Below, piece by piece: positions 7,327 through 10,193 of a stretch of DNA of 10,193 nt. The notes beneath the pieces were generated by a model. That model was not told the origin of the DNA and did no database searches. It saw only the letters and a list, made by a program, of their open reading frames with translations. The DNA is taken from the NCBI GenBank assembly GCA_016840425.1, contig JAEOSI010000062.1:1-10193 (forward strand), given 5' to 3'. Made by a program: the position numbers and the translations under genes. The stretch is from Candidatus Wukongarchaeum yapensis. Its GTDB lineage: Archaea; Asgardarchaeota; Wukongarchaeia; Wukongarchaeales; Wukongarchaeaceae. How positions within the stretch are numbered: position 1 is the stretch's first letter; each line of letters starts with the position of its first letter.

Positions 7327-7914
7327 CTATTTTAGAAGTTCTTTAAATTTTGGCGGTTCTTCTTCACCTTCATATATGACGATCATTTGGGGCACGAATT
7401 TTCTCTCAGAATCAAGTTTTCGTCCGATACGACCTGCTTCAAACTTTTCCATAGAGCTAGCGTTGCGACCGATCCATACGTAGATGTTCAAACCCGAATC
7501 TAACACTAGCGCGGAATCACTGTTTAGAGATTCTCTCGAAAGCTCAACCTCTTCGAATTCTTCATGACCTATCGCCCGATAAAGCTTTGGCTTAAACTCT
7601 TCTATCCCTCCTTCTACGGTTTTTAAAAATCCTGGCGTTCCTCCAGACTTCACTTTTGGGGCACCGCCAAGCAACTCTATCAACTCTTCAGGCTCTTCGT
7701 TTTGTTCACAAGTAATAACGTGGGGGTAATCCTTTCGCTCCATATCCATCTTATTAGACAACCAAGCAGCCGTAAACTTTTCATCTATTGTAGACTCTTT
7801 GCCTCGCCATATGAAAATCGTTATTCCTGCATCAACCACATATACGTCGCCTTCATAAAATTCTGCTTCACTGATTTCTTCCAATTCACCGCCTTTTACA
7901 TGGAATATCTTCAC
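7327..7914 (-). CDS. Two-domain gelsolin-like protein (Asgard 2DGel type), paralogue A
   Basis: Domain 1 FYEGDVYVVD...IFIWRGKESTIDEKFTAA...MD...EQNEEP aligns by eye to gelsolin G1 (FFTGDAY...YWLGNECSQDESGAAA...LD...VQGFES). Linker KVKSGGTPGFLKTV resembles KYKKGGVASGFKHV. Domain 2 PKLYR...SLNSDSALVLD...IYVWIG...EKF...EGEEEPPKF resembles G2. GTG start with a GAGGCGG SD. Confidence 0.9.
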   Translation of the reverse strand: MKIFHVKGGELEEISEAEFYEGDVYVVDAGITIFIWRGKESTIDEKFTAAWLSNKMDMERKDYPHVITCEQNEEPEELIELLGGAPKVKSGGTPGFLKTVEGGIEEFKPKLYRAIGHEEFEEVELSRESLNSDSALVLDSGLNIYVWIGRNASSMEKFEAGRIGRKLDSERKFVPQMIVIYEGEEEPPKFKELLK

Positions 7915-7972
7915 AAAAAACCGCCTCTTAAAAAGAAACTTCCAAAAAATCGCTATATACAGACAGCTTTCC

Positions 7973-8560
7973 TTAACCTAAGAGCTCTTTAAATTTCGGC
8001 GACTCATCTTCGCCCTCGTGTATAACGATTACTTGAGGTGTAAATTTTCTCTCAGAATCAAGCTTCCGCCCGATACGACCTGCCTCAAACTTTTCCATAG
8101 CACTAGCACCAGAACCGATCCAAACATAGATGTTTAAACCATCGTCTAAAACAAAAGCATCATCACTGACTAAACTTGACCTTGCAAGGGGCACTTCCTC
8201 ATAGTTTTCAGGACCTATCGCCTTGTAAAGCTTTGGCTTAAACACTTCTTTCTCCACTTCTACATGTACTAAGAGCCCGGGGGTCCCTCCAGGCTTCACT
8301 TTTGGAGCACCACCAAGCAAATCTAACAACTCTTGCGGTTCGTCACCTTGAGTACACGCAACAACCTTGGGGTACCCACGTCTGTCCATATCTAGCTTGT
8401 TACTGAGCCAAGCACCTACGAATTTTTCATCAACAGTGCAATCTTTGCCTCGCCATATGAAAATTCGCATTCCATCGTCTACGACATATACATCGCCTTC
8501 GTAAAATTCTGCTTCACTAACTTCTTCTAAGTCGTCTTTAACAACATGGTATAGTTTCAT
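7973..8560 (-). CDS. Two-domain gelsolin-like protein (Asgard 2DGel type), paralogue B
   Basis: Same length as paralogue A and aligns without gaps; 139/195 identical by hand count (about 71%). Same gelsolin repeat motifs. ATG start with a GGAGTGG SD. Confidence 0.9.
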   Translation of the reverse strand: MKLYHVVKDDLEEVSEAEFYEGDVYVVDDGMRIFIWRGKDCTVDEKFVGAWLSNKLDMDRRGYPKVVACTQGDEPQELLDLLGGAPKVKPGGTPGLLVHVEVEKEVFKPKLYKAIGPENYEEVPLARSSLVSDDAFVLDDGLNIYVWIGSGASAMEKFEAGRIGRKLDSERKFTPQVIVIHEGEDESPKFKELLG

Positions 8561-8744
8561 AAAAACCCACTCCTTAGAAAGAACACGCTAAAAACAACCA
8601 TCATTGCTAGATGGTTCTTAACATGCTACGAAGTTTCTTAATAATATAATAAGTAAAAAGGGATATTTATGTTTCTCCTAGAAAATAAGAAAATAGTTTA
8701 AGTTCTTCGGAGTTTTGTATGGTTTCCTAGGGGGTTAGTGTTTA

Positions 8745-9704
8745 ATGCAGGTTAAACGTGTTGATTTTCTTCTAACATTCAAATGTCCATCAAAATGTAA
8801 ACATTGTAGCTATAAAGGAGGGCCTGAAAGAAGTGGGTATATGAAATTAGTAGACGCTGAAAGGTACTTACAAGTGTTGACGGATGCTCATCCACTTCAA
8901 TCTATTACTGTACATGGAGGCGAGCCTTTTGTTTACTTTGAAAATTTGAAGCAAATTATGAAAAGAGCAAAGGAGTTGGAAGTGCCTCGAAGATGGGTTA
9001 TTACAAATGGTTATTGGGCAAAAACCAAAGAAGTGGCAAAAGAGAAACTTATTGAGTTAAAAGAAGCGGGATTAATGTGCATAACGTTTAGTGTTGATAG
9101 TTTTCATCAAGAATATATCCCTTTGGAAAATGTGAAAAACGGTATAGAAGTTGCAACAACCGTTGGTTTTGAAAGGGTGGTTGTAGATAGTTTGTTCTTA
9201 GGAAGTCTAAACTCGGACAACTTTTATAATAATTTGACTCGAAGGGTGTTAGAAAATCTTGGAGAATTAGGCGAAGTTGAAATCAATAGGGGACAAGTCG
9301 ATTTTGAAGGGAGAGCTGCAGAGTTTCTAGCCAGCTATGTAGAATCAAAAGCGGAGATACCAAGGGGAAGATGCCAATTACCTTTTTGGATAGGCGGAGA
9401 TCTAAAAAATCCAGAAGGGATAGAGATTGACTTTGAAGGAAATGTAACGCTTTGTCCAGGAATTTGTATTGGTAACACTAAAACCCAGTCTTTAACACAA
9501 ATACTTGAAGGCTATGATTGTCTTGAACATCCTATTCTTTCAATCCTCTCAGAAGAAGGGCCTATAGGGCTTTTTAAAGTAGCAATAGAGAAAGGTTTTA
9601 ATCAAAATGCGAAGTTTATTGATGAATGCCACCTCTGTTATGAAGTAAGGAAATTCGCGAGGCGTTACTATCCTCAACACTTAGCTCCAGAAAACTGTTA
9701 CTAG
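8745..9704 (+). CDS. Radical SAM protein with additional C-terminal cysteines (possible auxiliary Fe-S, SPASM/twitch-like)
   Basis: CPSKCKHC (CxxxCxxC), GGEPF, ITNG, SVDSFH, GRAA, IDFEGNVTLCPG..IGN and a C-terminal ECHLC. Confidence 0.92.
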   Translation: MQVKRVDFLLTFKCPSKCKHCSYKGGPERSGYMKLVDAERYLQVLTDAHPLQSITVHGGEPFVYFENLKQIMKRAKELEVPRRWVITNGYWAKTKEVAKEKLIELKEAGLMCITFSVDSFHQEYIPLENVKNGIEVATTVGFERVVVDSLFLGSLNSDNFYNNLTRRVLENLGELGEVEINRGQVDFEGRAAEFLASYVESKAEIPRGRCQLPFWIGGDLKNPEGIEIDFEGNVTLCPGICIGNTKTQSLTQILEGYDCLEHPILSILSEEGPIGLFKVAIEKGFNQNAKFIDECHLCYEVRKFARRYYPQHLAPENCY

Positions 9705-9809
9705 GTCCCTGTATAAGTTTAAAGTTCTTCTAAACTTAAAACCTTCTTCAATCGACATGTTACCTCTAAAACGAGGTTGAGACAATTTCAGAATTTTTTG
9801 CTTTTTCAT
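9681..9809 (-). pseudogene. N-terminal fragment resembling a SagB/ThcOx-type nitroreductase
   Basis: MKKQKILKLSQPRFRGNMSIEEGFKFRRTLNLYRDLVTVFWS* resembles the family start IKLPEPRxKGxMSxEEAIxxRRSxR. It begins 9 nt after the upstream ORF's stop and ends inside the 3' end of the convergent radical SAM gene. Confidence 0.45.
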
Positions 9810-9818
9810 CTTGTTACC

Positions 9819-10016
9819 CTAAATCTTTTTGCTTTCTCTATAGTGAACTGTAGCGGGGCAACCATTACAATCATATTCTTCGCGTAAGGGGTATTCTTGG
9901 CAATTTGCTCCGCACGGGGCTATGCTTGTTTTCTTTTTTGGCAACCTCAAATTGAATTGTTCAGGATATAATAAGTTTTCAACTATGTGAACCCAAACTA
10001 TTTCTGCACCTATCAC
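9819..10016 (-). CDS. Small Cys-rich protein, DUF3795-like; possibly a gene remnant
   Basis: IAPCGANCQEYP...CNGCP resembles the DUF3795 pattern CGxxCxxCP...CxGC, with the third Cys replaced by Tyr (TAC). The GTG start is uncertain; the frame continues 15 codons upstream to a TGA at 10059-10061. Confidence 0.5.
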   Translation of the reverse strand: MIGAEIVWVHIVENLLYPEQFNLRLPKKKTSIAPCGANCQEYPLREEYDCNGCPATVHYRESKKI

Positions 10017-10069
10017 TTCAGGATTCTGCCCGGGATATTTCAGCCACCATTTTTTTCTTCAGGAACAAT

Positions 10070-10193
10070 CTGACATACTCCCACGACTAAAGTCGGTGGG
10101 GTTCTATGCTACGCTACACTGTGCAGAGTAGCTAGCGAGGGGCGTGCCACCGCCCCGTTAACGACCCCCGCAGGAAACATGTTTCCATCTTCC
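10070..10193 (-). mobile_element. Right end of an IS200/IS605-family (tnpB / IS1341-like) element, partial
   Basis: Minus strand reads AGAACCCCACCGACTTTAGTCGTGGGAGTATGTCAG: the subterminal hairpin plus GGGAG..TGTCA terminus typical of IS200/IS605 right ends. GC rises to 66/113 (58%) over 10081-10193. No terminal inverted repeat or target duplication, as expected for this family. Confidence 0.78.
10070..10193 (-). ncRNA. Candidate TnpB omega-RNA (reRNA) scaffold, 3' part
   Basis: Four consecutive hairpins: 10173-10186 (GGAAACATGTTTCC), 10139-10156 (GGGGCG/CGCCCC), 10108-10136 and 10080-10100, ending at the putative element end. Confidence 0.55.
10109..10192 (-). CDS. Possible extreme C-terminal tail of TnpB (partial, continues beyond the window)
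   Basis: Open frame EDGNMFPAGVVNGAVARPSLATLHSVA* overlapping the hairpin array. GAVARP resembles the GxVxxP tail often seen where tnpB overlaps its omega-RNA. No catalytic motif lies within the window. Confidence 0.3.
   Translation of the reverse strand, partial: EDGNMFPAGVVNGAVARPSLATLHSVA

Noticed and set aside
4734-7992. ORFs 4734-4979 (-), 6417-6668 (-), 6896-7114 (+) and 7702-7992 (+)
   Set aside because: They overlap well-supported genes and have no motifs or SD support.
7397-8098. Near-identical 56-nt segment in both gelsolin genes (7397-7452 and 8043-8098; 52/56 identical), suggesting gene conversion
   Set aside because: Another conserved block (SEAEFYEGDVYVVD) is similarly identical (36/40), so protein constraint plus moderate synonymous divergence explains it.
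96-8560. Functional Ca2+-signalling cluster linking the RCK channel, membrane protein and gelsolins
   Set aside because: The genes are in separate transcription units interspersed with housekeeping and metabolic genes, and Ca2+ gating of the channel cannot be shown from sequence; proximity alone is insufficient without conserved synteny.
1-10193. CRISPR arrays, tRNA or rRNA genes
   Set aside because: No regularly spaced direct repeats, cloverleaf structures or rRNA-like sequence were seen.

Overview
AT-rich archaeal DNA, most likely from an Asgard archaeon: it carries ribosomal protein L15e, GGTGA/GGAGTGA-type Shine-Dalgarno motifs, many GTG/TTG starts and two gelsolin-domain genes. The taxonomy is an inference from gene content. 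Gene order: 5'-truncated 2TM K+ channel with RCK domains (+); rpl15e (-); non-phosphorylating GAPDH gapN (-); NAD-dependent SDR (+); an unannotated multi-pass membrane protein whose helix layout resembles the 7TM ion-channel (insect odorant/gustatory receptor-like) fold (+); geranylgeranyl reductase-family flavoprotein (+); two tandem 195-aa two-domain gelsolin paralogues (-); radical SAM protein (+); two small, apparently decayed genes (-); and the right end of an IS200/IS605-type element with an omega-RNA-like hairpin array at the window edge. The strongest leads are (i) the gelsolin pair, which differs at a predicted Ca2+ ligand and at the WH2-like actin-binding motif, (ii) the 7TMIC-like membrane protein, (iii) a candidate internal TTG start in the K+ channel, and (iv) the TnpB/omega-RNA end with its flanking guide. 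All alignments to known proteins were made by eye from memory and need HMM or structure confirmation.
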